NCBI RefSeq assembly: GCF_963921235.1
Contig: NC_086097.1
Span: 214,894,001 to 214,958,000 of the forward strand
Reading direction: 5' to 3'
From: Mobula hypostoma
Lineage: Eukaryota
Length of the DNA stretch: 64,000 bases
The notes below the pieces were generated by a model. That model was not told the DNA's origin, ran no database searches, and worked only from the letters and a program-made list of their open reading frames with translations. Positions 13,350-25,798 of the stretch are shown one piece after another. How positions within the stretch are numbered: the first letter of the stretch is position 1; every line of letters begins with the position of its first letter. Position numbers and translations under genes: made by a program.

Positions 13350-13500
13350 AAGAGAGATATAGTGTAGAACAGGCCCTTCTGTCTCAAGGAACTACATCGC
13401 CCAACAACCCACACAAATCTTCTTATAGAGAATGCCAGAATTGAACTCTGAACTTCGATGCCTGGAGCTGTAATAATGTTGTACTAACCACTACAGCTTC
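13350..13500 (-). mobile_element. Decayed SINE-like fragment
   Basis: Minus strand shows a tRNA-like head (gtagtggttag...gttcaattc) and a CR1-like gaagggcctgt tail. Confidence 0.4.
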
Positions 13501-14229
13501 TGTAATTTCAATAAATTAGAGCTATTTTTCTTTTACAGGAGTTCCTTATAAATCAGGGATATCCCTGAATGTGCACTCCAAACAGTCTTATGCTCTGGCT
13601 TTCCTATGTCTGTTCAAGGGCAGCTTTCTGATGTATGCATCAATTCCTTATTTTCTGTGGATAAGTTAGTCGTTTCCTTTCTAGCTCATTAACATTTTAA
13701 TTCTATTATATGGCCTACGTTCTAAATAAAACTTTCTTTCAACTAAGTATATTCCAATATGTTGCATTTTCAACAGTGCACTTAAATCCCTTCCGCCAAC
13801 AAGCTATCTTATTTGGCACCTGAAGTTTATTGTACAGAACATTCGCTTGAAATCTGCAGCATTTACAATGCTTTGCTAAGATCTAGACATAATCAATACT
13901 ATGACACATAGTGGTTAAGGTAATGTTCATGCAAAGATATATTGGTAGGTCTGCACTCCATATGAGACATACAGATATATAAATATGAATCTCTGCACTT
14001 TCTTAGTGAAAATATGAGTTTGAATGGGCTAGCCAAGACTGGTTTAAATGTAACAATCCTTGTTCCCCAAAAGAAAAAAAAGAGGGGGAAAAAACCCATA
14101 GGAAACATTTACTGAATATAATTACCCCCCATTCAAGCCACAAACAATATATAATGAATAATATGATAATTAGAAGCCTTGAGGAACCAAGGTTTGTAAT
14201 TGGGACCAAGGTTCACCAAAGGTAGCAAG

Positions 14230-14880
14230 ACAGACAGACAGGCAATTATGAAGGCTCGTGCAATATTTTCATTCATTAGACAGGGCATGGAATGCAGATC
14301 AGAGAAGGCATGATAAAGGAGTAGCCACACATGGAATACTGTGCTGTTATCTGATCTTCACATCAGTGGAAGATGTGACTGTATTGGAGACAGCACAACG
14401 AATATTAACCAGAATGTTGCCTGGGATGGAACATATCGGCTATGAGGAGATACCAGATAGGCTTGATCTACTTCTTTATAACAGAGAAGGATGAGAGATG
14501 ACCTGATTGTGATATGTACTCGGGGGGAAAGATCAAGGATTAACTCTATTGTCATATACATTTAAAGATACTTGGAATTTGCTGTAGATAGACAGTGAGG
14601 AAGTTTTCCCCATAGCCTAAGTAGCTACAGTCAGCAAGCATAGGTTGAAAGTACTGGGCAGGAGATTTAAAGCGAATTTGAGCAAGCCTTTTGTGTGAAC
14701 CCTCTGCAGGAAGAGGTAAGTGAGGGTGATGAAGGAAGGCACTCCCAGAAGATATTAGCATTTGGACGAGCGCTTGAAACTACATGACGCAGAAGGCTCT
14801 GGGCGAAGTGTCAGGAAATGGGGTGCAGCAGTACTTGATGGCTGGTGCAGTCTCAGTGAGCCAGAGGGCCTGTTTTCATT
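14230..14880 (+). mobile_element. Old CR1 3' fragment
   Basis: Remnant LETAQRILTRMLPGMEHIGYEE; ends gagggcctgttt. Confidence 0.7.
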
Positions 14881-15853
14881 AGTCTACAAACTTAGCAAAT
14901 TCAAACAAGAAAAATTTCAAAACAAGGCTTGCTAGTTGCACTGGAGTTATAAGAAATCAAATCCCTGCACTGGCACAGATAACACTGGATGGCTTTGAAA
15001 CCTGCCCAGGACAAATGGGGAGAGATCAGCAGCAGAGTCAATTGCATCTTACCTCACCTTCACACATATCAGGCTAGCTACAGTAGATTGTGCCACATTG
15101 AAAAAAATCTCACAGCCAGATATGAATTTGTAACAAAATCACTGGATTAACTCTTGATCTCATCACTGTAGCAGCTAACACCACTGTCTTGCTTATAGTT
15201 TAATGGATAGTGGGGGAAATGCTGAAAAGAGCTAATTTTTTGTCTCATGCCAAATTCAGCTGAACAAGCAAGTGGATTTGCAACTGGCAAAAATTGGACA
15301 ATTACTGCATTAGACTATTAGCTTCTAACACACACTAAGTCCCTGGAGTTTATTCTTTGCCATATAGAGATCTGGTGCAGTGTTTCTTTCAAGCCATTTA
15401 ATTAGGTTTTATCCCTTGCTAGAAGTAGACTGGGCGGAATGAACCATGTTAAAAAGAAATAAATGAATAACAAGAGTGATAATAAATTGTCACTACAGAT
15501 ATATGCATAAGAAATGGAACTAGATGAAAGATTAAAAGTACACAAGATGACAAGGAGGTGATAGCAGTGAAGAGAATCAAAGTCTCTTTGATAACAGTGA
15601 ACAAAACCAAAGTCTGTTTATGGCAGTACATTTTCATACAAGGTAACATTTAATAACCACAAAGCTCTTTATTTTTCAGAAACCATTGAAGGTTGGTTGC
15701 AATGTTATGCAATTTCATAGTGCAGAAATTCTTTGTCACTTCGATCACACAAAAACGTGAAAATGTTAATGCAGCCAATTTCTTACACTTACAGATCTCA
15801 CAATTTTCATTTCCATAACCAAAATGATCTCACCCTCCCAATCAAAGCTTTAC

Positions 15854-15992
15854 CTTGGCTGAATTTCAAAGGAAGAGACACATTCTTGGTGTTCGTAGCA
15901 ACCAGAAGATTTTTTCCACTGGTAAGGACAGTCAGCTGTTCAAATCCAAGGCAAACCCCCAAGATTGGGAAATAAGTCCCATGATCATAGGC
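15854..15992 (-). CDS. GGH: GGH coding exon 5 (139 bp), contains catalytic Cys
   Basis: aaacag|GCC TAT GAT...AGC CAA G|gtaaag; AYDHGTYFPILGVCLGFEQLTVLTSGKNLLVATNTKNVSLPLKFSQ, visible in ORF 15807..16049. Confidence 0.96.
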
Positions 15993-16203
15993 CTGTTTTA
16001 AAACAGAATCAGAAAAGTTGCATTTACTGCCAGCCTTTGACAGTAACAATCATATCAAGTACTACAAGTAATGCTTTGTATTTATAATTGATATTACAGA
16101 TATCTTAAATTGACAGGTCTAAATCTGCTTAAGTTACTCCACTGCATTTACAGTATACTAGCAAGCAAATATTGTACCAATATTTAGGTAGGTTACTACT
16201 ATT

Positions 16204-16822
16204 ATGTTATGAGGACACGCAGTCCCCTTTTATTGTCATTTAGTAATGCATGCAGTAATGTTTTTCCAGAATGATATCACGAAAACACATGACAAACCGA
16301 CTTAAAAACTAACAAAACCCACATAATTATAACATATAGTTACAACAGTGCAAAGCAATACCATAATCTGATAAGAACAGACCATGGCACGGTAAAAGTC
16401 TCAAAGTCTCTCCAAGGTCCCATCATCTCACGCAGACAGTAAACCTCCAGCGCCGCCAACTTGCCGGTCCAGCATCCTGGAAGCATCCGACCACAGCCTG
16501 ACTCCGAGTCCGTCCGAAAACTCCGAGCCTCCAACCACCTCTTTGACACTGAGCACCGTCTCTGCCGAGCGCTTTGACCCCGGCCCCAGCAACAGGCAAT
16601 ATGCAAAGCCAAGGAGTTGGGGCCTTCGTCTCCAGAGATCCTCGATTGCACAGTAGCAGCGGCAGCGAAGCGGGCATTTCAGAAGTTACTCCAGATGTTC
16701 CTCTGCGCTTCTCACAGCTGTCTCCATCAAATCCAGATTGTGCACGGCATCCTACTTCACAAATACGATATTCATTCCGAACAGCTGTGTGTGCTGTGTC
16801 GTGCCGCCATCTTCTCCTCCCT
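16204..16822 (-). mobile_element. Non-coding GC/CpG-rich non-autonomous LINE derivative (~600 bp)
   Basis: Minus strand starts gggaggagaagatggcggc (YY1-like) and ends aataaaaggggactgcgtgtcctcataacataa; sharp composition change against AT-rich flanks. Confidence 0.55.
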
Positions 16823-17108
16823 CTATTTCCATCTTTTTATCTACAGCCTTTCTAATTACTGTATTCTTAAGTTTGAATAATATCACAGCCATATTCACAA
16901 TGAACACTTTTAGAAATGACATTGTGCAAGTGAATGATACATATAGCATCTTGCTCTGGACATTGCACCCAGTAATAAACAGCAAACCCGGACGTGCACA
17001 ATAAATAATATTTTTTTTACTTAAAAAGGGACCTAATGTCCTCCTAATAGCAAAAAAGAAACTGATGAATTAAAAGAATAATATACCTGAAGCATGTCAT
17101 TATATTAG

Positions 17109-19330
17109 AAGTTCAAAGTAGAAAGTAAATTTATTATCTAAGTGATAATATATCAACTTACACACCCCGTCACCATATGCAACCCTGAGGTTTTTTTTAC
17201 AGGTATGCACAATAAATCTAAGAAATACAATAGAATAAATGAAAGACAGAACTTAACAAGACAAACAAACAACCAATGTGCAATGATAACAAACTCTGCA
17301 AATATGAAAGAAAAGAGAATAATAATAACTCAATAAATAAGCAATAAATATCAAGAACCTGAGACTAAGAGCCCTTGAAAGTGAGTCCATAGGCTGTGGG
17401 AACAGTTCAGTGACGGGGAAGTGAAGTTGAGCCAAGTTATCCCCACTGGTTCAGGAGCCTGATGGTTGAGGGGTAATAGCTATTCCTCAACCTGGTGCTG
17501 TGGGTCCTGAGGCACCTGTACCTTCAGCAACAGCAAGAAGACAGCATGGCCTAGACGGTAAGGGTCTTTGATGATAGATGCTGCTTTCCTGTGACAATGC
17601 TCTGTGTAGATGTGCTCAATGGTGCTTAGGGCTCTACCTGTGATGGACTGGGCCACATCTACTACTGTTTGCAGGATTTTCCATACTATGTCAAGATGCA
17701 ACCAGTCAATAAACTCTCCAGCACACATCTATAGAAGGTTGGCCAAGCTTCAGACGTCATGCTGAATCTTCATAAATTTCTAAGGAAATAGAGGTGCTGC
17801 CTTGCTTTCTTCATAACTACACTTACATGTGATGTAGTTTCTCGTTTCTCACAAACGACAAGAAAATCCTTCAAGAAGTTTTAAACTTTAATTTGCAAAT
17901 CAAAGCTGAGACAATCAGAAAGCTAGTTGCTGACTGTACATTGAACCTTGTACATAGCATTTTTATAGCAATTCTCCTATCTTCGCTACATTATCATATC
18001 CAATCAGCCTGTGATTACATATCATCAATATATCCGCTCTTGACTTTCCACTATTGTTTTACTCCCCAACTTAATTATGTCCTAGTTTACATTTTTAGAC
18101 CAGATGTCCTCTCATCCCTAACCACAGTTATTTCTTAATTAGCCTTGCATCGATATACTGCCCCATATTTCATCATCTTACTCACTGCGGTTATCTTTCA
18201 TTCCAGTTGTCTTCATGAATTAATAGTGAACAGGTCAAAAGTCATGGCTACATAGCGAATACCTTCTAATGAGCTAACAGTGGTTACATAGTAAATATTG
18301 TAGAAAATACAATGTGTGTATTTGAGTAAATACGCTAATACCATAGAAAGTACAATGTGTGCATTTGCATTTTCCAATACATGCTGGACCCAGGGCAGAT
18401 CCTCTGAAATAAAATTTGCTGACTCTCTCCACCTTTGATCCCCTAATGAGGACTGGCTCATGGTCAGAAGTATAAAGTGACTAGAGCAGGGGGATAAGCA
18501 CACAGCTCTGTGGTGCACTTACAGTACGTTGATGGAGATTATGAAAGAGATGTTGTTGCCAATCCAAACTGACTGTGGTCAGCAAGTGAGGAAATCCAAG
18601 ATCCAATTGTACAAGGAGGTAATGAGGCTAAGGACTTGAAGATTACTGACTGGTTTTGAGGGAATGATACTGTTGAATACCGAACTATAGTCAATAAAGA
18701 ACATCCTGAAGTATGCCCCTTTGCTCTCTAGATGCTCCAGGGTTCAGTGAAGAGCCAATGAAATGGCATCTGCTGTGGGCCTGTTGTGCTGGTAGACAAA
18801 TTGAAATGGATCGAAGTCTCTTCTCAGGCAGGAGTTGACATGTTTCATAATGAACTTCTCAAAGCACTTCAATACTGTGGACATAAGTGCTACTGGACGA
18901 TAGTTACTGAGGCAGGTTGCTATGTTGTTCATAGGCACCGGATTAATTGAAGCTTGCTGGAAGCAAGTGGGTACCTCAGACTACTGAGGCGAGAGGTTAA
19001 AGATATCGGTGAACATTCCAGCCGTTGATCAGCACAGGTCTTTACTACTTGGCCAGGAACCCCATTTGAGCTGTTTGCTTTCCATGAGTTCACCCTCCTG
19101 AAAGGTGCTCTCATGTTGGCCTCAGAGACTGAAATCACAGGGTCCTCGGGGTTGTGTGAGTTCATGAAGGTTCCTCCAGGTTTTCAGTTAAAATGAACGC
19201 AGAAGCCATAGAGCTCATGTGGGAGTGAAACCTTGTTGTCACCTGTGTCAGTTGGTTTCACTTTGTCAGAGGTAAAAGCATTCAAGCCCTGTCACAGTTG
19301 TCGAACATCCCCAAACTTTGTTAGAAATGG
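17109..19330 (-). mobile_element. Rex1/Babar-like LINE, decayed, in two pieces (17109-17830 and ~18360-19330)
   Basis: ORF remnants NYRPVALMSTVLKCFEKF...DPFQFVYQHNRPTADAISLALH and RKAASIIKDP. Confidence 0.75.
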
Positions 19331-19368
19331 GTTTAGAAGGGGTTATCAGAGTCACCTAGGCAACTAAA

Positions 19369-19901
19369 CATAGAAACATAGAAAATAGGTGCAGGAGTAG
19401 GCCATTCGGCCCTTCGAGCCTGCACCACCATTTATTATGATCATGGCTGATCATCCAACTCAGAACCTAGCCTTCCCTCCATACCCCCTGACCCCTGTAG
19501 CCACAAGGGCCATATCTAACTCCCTCTTAAACATAGCCAATGAACTGGCCTCAACAGTTTGCTGTGGCAGAGAATTCCACAGATTCACCACTCTCTGTGT
19601 GAAGAAGTTTTTCCTAATCTCGGTCCTAAAAGGCTTCCCTTCTATCCTCAAACTGTGACCCCTCGTTCTGGACCTCCCCAACATCGGGAACAATCTTCCC
19701 GCATCTAGCCTGTCCAATCCCTTTAGGATCTTATACGTTTCAATCAGATCCCCCCTCAATCTTCTAAATTCCAACGAGTACAAGCCCAGTTCATCCAGTC
19801 TTTCTTCATATGAAAGACCTGCCATCCCAGGAATCAATCTGGTGAACCTTCTTTGTACTCCCTCTATGGCAAAGATGTCTTTCCTCAGATTAGGGGACCA
19901 A
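19369..19901 (-). mobile_element. CR1 family A 3' fragment with 7-bp TSD aactaaa
   Basis: ORF 19460..19837 is nearly identical to the C-terminus of 10315..11679; aactaaa at 19362-19368 and 19902-19908. Confidence 0.93.
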
Positions 19902-21260
19902 AACTAAATATGGTGTGTAGCTGATGATACTTACTGGAGCTGTAACAGCGAGGAAGGAAGTGAAAGTTAACAATGGTGGCTGGCACACCAATCGGACAAA
20001 CTGCCTTTTCTTGGATGATGTCAATTGACTTGAGTATTTTTGGAACTGCATGCATCCAGGCCACTGGATAGTATACTACTGACACCAAATGACAGAAATG
20101 CTTTTGAAAGTTAGGAAGCAAAACATTACAGGACACCCAGCTACTGTCCTGCTCTTGGAGACCCAGTTTTACATGGGTAAACTAGAAGTCCATGGTCAAT
20201 GACTGGGGTGGGTGGATCTAAAGAAGGCCTGTGGTTTTCCTAGCTGCAGTCAGTCAACACCGTCAGATGAAGATAACTTTACACGATCAGTCAATGTCTA
20301 AAGTTTGTTTAGGTTTCACCGCATACACGTATGGGTTACTTCGTTGATTTGAATCATGCACAATCATCAATAAGCATTCCCACTTATGAAGCAAGAGCAG
20401 TCATCCATGAATAGTTGAAGATGGCTGGGACTGAATCCCTGAATGTAGACAGTGATATCTTGGAGCTGAAATAATACTTCTAAAAACCACAATCACCTTT
20501 TCACAAAGTATGCTACCAACTGGAGGAGGGTTTTGTTCTTAATGCCTATGGCTATCACTTTTACTTAGCCTCTTTGATGTCACACTCAATAAAATGTGAT
20601 CTTGATATCTAGGGCAGTCACTCCTACCTAACCACTGGAATTCTGCTCATTAGTCCAAATTTGGTCCCTGGCTATGATAAGCCAAGTGGGATTGGTGAAA
20701 CACAGGCTTAAGATCTTGTTTATAAAACCTGGGATCACATGTACTACTTTCATTTTTAAGAAATACAACTTTGCCAAATGGTCTGCTCACAAAGCTTGCT
20801 ATATTAGAAACTTAAATGTCTCTGAGCCACTGCTTGATATGAAACCAACCCCAAAATGAATCATTCCTAGTATCAGCATTCATCAGCCAAATATCAACTC
20901 AATCTCTTAATTTCTTCTGAATTCATCTGGAGTCCTTTTAATGGTTAATCATACTCACTAATCTCCTTCTGTAATTCTGAATATTGTACTACATTTGGAT
21001 ACAGGATAAATATAAACCAAGAAAAATGAGCACCAGATTTAAGTTCAAAGAAAAAATAGCTACCTTTCTCTCCTTCAAAGACTTCCTATACATAATGGTA
21101 CATTTGCATTATCTTATCTCCTATGCAGAAGCCCAAGTACAATTTTGAAAATACATAGACACAATAATCACTCTATATAAACCACCTGCTGAAAATAGCA
21201 CTTATACATATACAAGGTCATCCATACTCGATTTTTTTCCTACTAAACAAATGCAGTTAC

Positions 21261-21345
21261 CTGTATTGCAAGATCATAAAACAAAGATGCAATCTTGGCA
21301 TATTGTGATGTCTGAAGGTTTACGTGACCACCTGGGAAAAGCACC
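21261..21345 (-). CDS. GGH: GGH coding exon 4 (85 bp)
   Basis: attttcag|G GTG CTT TTC CCA GGT GGT...ATA CAG|gtaact; (G)VLFPGGHVNLQTSQYAKIASLFYDLAIQ with the PGG oxyanion-strand motif. Confidence 0.95.
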
Positions 21346-21839
21346 CTGAAAATAATTAGCACATATTATTAATTTACAAGGATATCTTGAAGTACACATT
21401 GTAATAGCTGAAGAAAACTATGTTAAACTTACTTTAAGTCTCATAACAAAAAAAAACTCTTTTGACTTTGTGCTCATCAATCCGCTTGGCAAGATGTACC
21501 TACTCTTTAAAGTATTAGTGAGAGTGAACAAACACTGTTCCAATTCAGACCCTTTTTCCTCACGGTTACATCATGTGCCACAACTACCAGGTTAACTGAA
21601 GAGAATATCAGATTTAACTTCACTAAATTAGGCTCCCAGATGGTACAGTGGGGCAGCAGATTTGCACACAAGCATAATCTGTTTTAACTTTAAGATTAAG
21701 CAGGGGGTTCACTGTCATTTGAATGTTAAAAGTCCAACAATCTGCGATCTACAGAATAATGCAGGAGATCCAGCAATTAGCCAATTACCATGACCTGCAT
21801 GGGTTCTTCAGTGCTATCAAGACCAGTGTAGCAGCCAGT

Positions 21840-23290
21840 ATCTTCACCATGTCTTCAACCTGAGCCTGAGGCTCTGCAGGGTTACTGTGCTGTGGAAGAC
21901 GTCCTGCCTCGTCCCTGTGCCGAAGACACCGCGCCCCAGCGGCCTCAATGACTACAGACCAGTGGCATTGACCTCCCACATCATGAAGACCCTGGAGAGA
22001 CTTGTTCTGGAGCTGCTCCGGCCTATGGTCAGGCCACACTTAGATCCCCTCCAGTTCGCCTACCAGCCCCAACTAGGAGTTGAGGATGCCATCGTCTACC
22101 TGCTGAACCGTGTCTACGCCCACCTGGACAAGCCAGCCAGCACTGTGAGGGTCATGTTTTTTGACTTCTCCAGTGCGTTCAACACCATCCGCCCCGCTCT
22201 GCTGGGGGAGAAGCTGACAGCGATGCAGGTGGATGCTTTCCTGGTGTCATGGATTCTTGATTACCTGACTGGCAGACCATAGTACGTATGCTTGCAACAC
22301 TGTGTGTCCGACAGAGTGATCAGCAGCACTGGGGCTCCACAGGGGACTGTCTTGTCTCCCTTTCTCTTCACCATTTACACCTCGGACTTCAACTACTGCA
22401 CAGAGTCTTGTCATCTTCAGAAGTTTTCTGATGACTCTACCATAGTTGGATGCATCAGCAAGGGAGATGAGGCTGAGTACAGGGCTACGATAGGAAACTT
22501 TGTCACATGGTGTGAGCAGAATTATCTGCAGCTTAATGTGGAAAAGACTAAGGAGCTGGTGGTAGACCTGAGGAGAGCTAAGGCACCGGTGACCCCTGCT
22601 TCCATCCAGGGGGTCAGTGTGGACATGGTGGAGGATTACAAATACCTGGGGATACGAATTGACAATAAACTGGACTGGTCAAAGAACACTGAGGCTGTCT
22701 ACAAGAAGGGTCAGAGCCGTCTCTATTTCCTGAGGAGACTGAGGTCCTTTAACATCTGCCGAAGGACGCTGAGGATGTTCTACAAGTCTGTGGTGGCCAG
22801 TGCTATCATGTTTGCTGTTGTGTGCTGGGGCAGCAGGCTGAGGGTAGCAGACACCAACAGAATTAACAAACTCATTCGTAAGGCCAGTGATGTTGTGGGG
22901 ATGGAACTGGACTCTCTGACAGTGGTGTCTGAAAAGAGGATTCTGTCCAAGTTGCATGCCATCTTGGACAATGTCTCCCATCCACTACATAATGTACTGG
23001 TTGGGCACAGGAGTACATTCAGCCAGAGACTCATTCCACCGAGATGCAACACAGAGCGTCATAGGAAGTCATTCCTGCCTGTGGCCATCAAACTTTACAA
23101 CTCCTCCCTTGGAGGGTCAGACACCCTGAGCCAATAGGCTGGTCCTGGACTTATTTCCTGGCATAATTTACATACTACTATTTAATTAATTAGATAGTAA
23201 TAAAACCAGAAATATTTATGGTGCAACTGTAACAAAAACTAATTTCCCCCAGGATCAATAATGTATGACTATGACTACTATGACTATGTA
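21840..23290 (+). mobile_element. Rex1-like LINE, 5'-truncated, young RT with one in-frame stop
   Basis: ORFs 21887..22282 and 22292..23137: NDYRPVALTSHIMK, FFDFSSAFNTI, GAPQGTVLSP, FSDD; (ctatga)n tail. Confidence 0.88.
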
Positions 23291-24069
23291 TCCTATCTGG
23301 CTCTGGGATGACACACTTGTGGCCAGTAAGAGATGCTGGGAACCAAGAACAAAGGGGTAGAGTGAAGGAAGGTGACATGATCTACACCTGGTCATTATCA
23401 ATATATGAGAACAAAGCTGAGGTAGCCTCACATCCCTCTGTGAACCACCTGGAGATGAAGCAAGTGGGGATGTTGTGAAAGGAAGAACCTGATAAATTGC
23501 AAAAGCTCAAACAGGCACTCTGTTAATTAAGCAACTGATGGTTCAAGTTTTATGAAACAGCATCAGCAGGAATTTGAATAAACTTAAGAATCACATGCTT
23601 CTCTGGACTTGTAGTCAGATAATTGGCAATGAAGAACTAAGCAATCTCTGCAAGATATGCAGAGACGTGCAAAAGAGTGTCTTATAAGTAAATTGACAGC
23701 AGTGATTCCAGAGACCAACCATGGAAAAAGATGACCCTGTCTGCAATAGGGACACAAAGAACTCGCAGAACAAACTCAGTGGGCCAAATGGCCTAACTCT
23801 GCTCCTATATTTTAAGGTCTTATAAGATTGAACCCCAGCCAGGTTCATCAAGTATGGGTAATATCTGCATAGAGGTAATGGGTTTTGGAAGTTATTAAAG
23901 TAAACCAAAGAGTCGTAATTAAAAGAGTTATGAAACTGAAGAATTAAATAATTGTTTGAAACTATGTAGTAAATCTGATGTTTTATTGTTTAATCAGTGA
24001 CACAAGCTCATCCCAAATAACCTATGATCAAGTCTAGACACAGCCATGAAGAGAACTGATCAAGCTAGT

Positions 24070-25260
24070 GCCCTCCCGAAGAAGTAAATTGAAGATGTCC
24101 TCAATCAAGACCCCACCTTTGACACAAGTTTCATTGGCTTCATTCCAAAGAATGCTAGACACCACAATTTTGGTGCTGCCCCAGCCCAGGAAGAGGATGA
24201 AATGGCCATTCACAAGTTGGAAAACAAAAACCTTTTCAGCAGACAAGATCACAGCTGAACTTTTAAAAGAAGCTGAAGAAATAATTCTGATGTGGATTCA
24301 TGATCTCATCACCCTCATCCTGGGAAGAGGGGAGTGTGATTAGGCATCATAGAGAAGTTGTAATCATGATAATTTTTAAGAAAGGTGATAAATCCAATTG
24401 TGTTAATTTTAGGCCATCTGCCTGCTGCTTACTTGGGGAAAGTCTTTGCAGATATCTTCCTGAAACATCTTTGCTCAGGGGCTGCAATCAATACTTCACT
24501 CATCAAAAACTGGATGCCAAACCCAAGAAAAACATGAGCATAGCAATAAGCATTGAACGTAGATTTTTTAACCTCTCAAAAGCCTTTGACTCCATCAACC
24601 ATTAGGAATTAGAAAGAATATTTTTTGAATTTGGCTGCACTATGTAATTATCATTCTACATCTACTATAAAATGACATGCAAGCTATGATCCTAACTAAC
24701 AAGTTCACCTTATCTAATCCCAGTGCTGACTGTGCTTGAGGAAGCCTCTTCTCAATCTTCTTCACTGAAATAATTGGTAAATGAGTTTATTAGTGTCACA
24801 TGTGCCGAGTTACAATAAAAAAAGTTTGCTATGCATGCCATCTGTACAGATCATTTCATCACGTCGTGGGACTGAGATAACACAATGGTGTGGCTCACCT
24901 CTCGATAGCTTCCAGCTGAGGTGGAATTAATCCACAGGACAAATGGAAAGCTGCTCAGCTCCTGTCACATTACAGCACACAGATATGGATTGTATGTGTA
25001 CACATTTAGAGACGAAGCAACAAGTTACTACTGACTCACTCACTGAGGATTACAAAAGAATAGGCACATACCAAACAACTGAAAGATAATAAATCTCATT
25101 CCAATTGCCCCCCACCACTCAACGTTCCCCTCAGCACTCATGACCCAGGGACTGAATCCGCAAAATCATGGATCACACTCAGAATCTTGGGAACCACCTC
25201 AGAGAAAAGGCAGACATTGATGATGAAATTCAGTACTATCTCCTGTGTGCCAGCAGTTTC
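24070..25260 (+). mobile_element. Heavily decayed RTE-like LINE
   Basis: Remnants IFKKGDKSNCVNFR and LSKAFDSINH. Confidence 0.55.
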
Positions 25261-25354
25261 TGTTAATTGAACATGGGTTTAGGTTCTGAGGACCTGGAGA
25301 CTACAAGTTCCCCCAGGAGTAATCGAAAATCTAATTAAACATAGATTAACTCTT

Positions 25355-25637
25355 AAAAATTGCTGGTGAACGCAGCAGGCCAGGTAGCATCTATAGGAAG
25401 AGGTACAGTCGACGTTTTGGGCTGAGACCCTTCGTCAGGACTAACTGAAAGAAGAGATAGTAACAGATTTGGAAGGTTTGAAATCTCTTCTTTCAGTTAG
25501 TCCTGACGAAGGGTCTTGGCCTGAAACTTCGACTGTACCTCTTCCTATTGATGCTGCCTGGCCCGCTGCATTCACCTGCAACGTTTATGTGTGTTGCTTG
25601 AAATTCCAGCATCTGCAGATTTTCTCTTGTTTGCATG
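25355..25637. mobile_element. Palindromic Penelope-type element with two inverted minimal hammerhead motifs; 14-bp TSD atagattaactctt
   Basis: Inverted arms of ~100 bp plus a ~40-nt 3' tail; TSD at 25341-25354 and 25638-25651. Confidence 0.75.
25499..25534 (+). ncRNA. Minimal type-I hammerhead ribozyme motif (mirror copy on minus strand at 25407-25442)
   Basis: AGTC-CTGACGA-A-GGGTCTTGGCCT-GAAA-CT-TC-GACT; the mirror arm reads AGTC-CTGACGA-A-GGGTCTCAGCCC-AAAA-CG-TC-GACT. Each arm has one core lesion; the consensus is complete. Confidence 0.65.
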
Positions 25638-25798
25638 ATAGATTAACTCTTGTTCATGCAAATATAGCCGGTAGCTGGCCATAGAGCTGTACAGTACAGA
25701 AACAGGCCATTCAGCCTGACTTATCCATGCTAACCAAGGTGCCTACCTACGCTATCACTTCTTTTCCGACATTTGGCCCATATCCATCTAATATTTTC

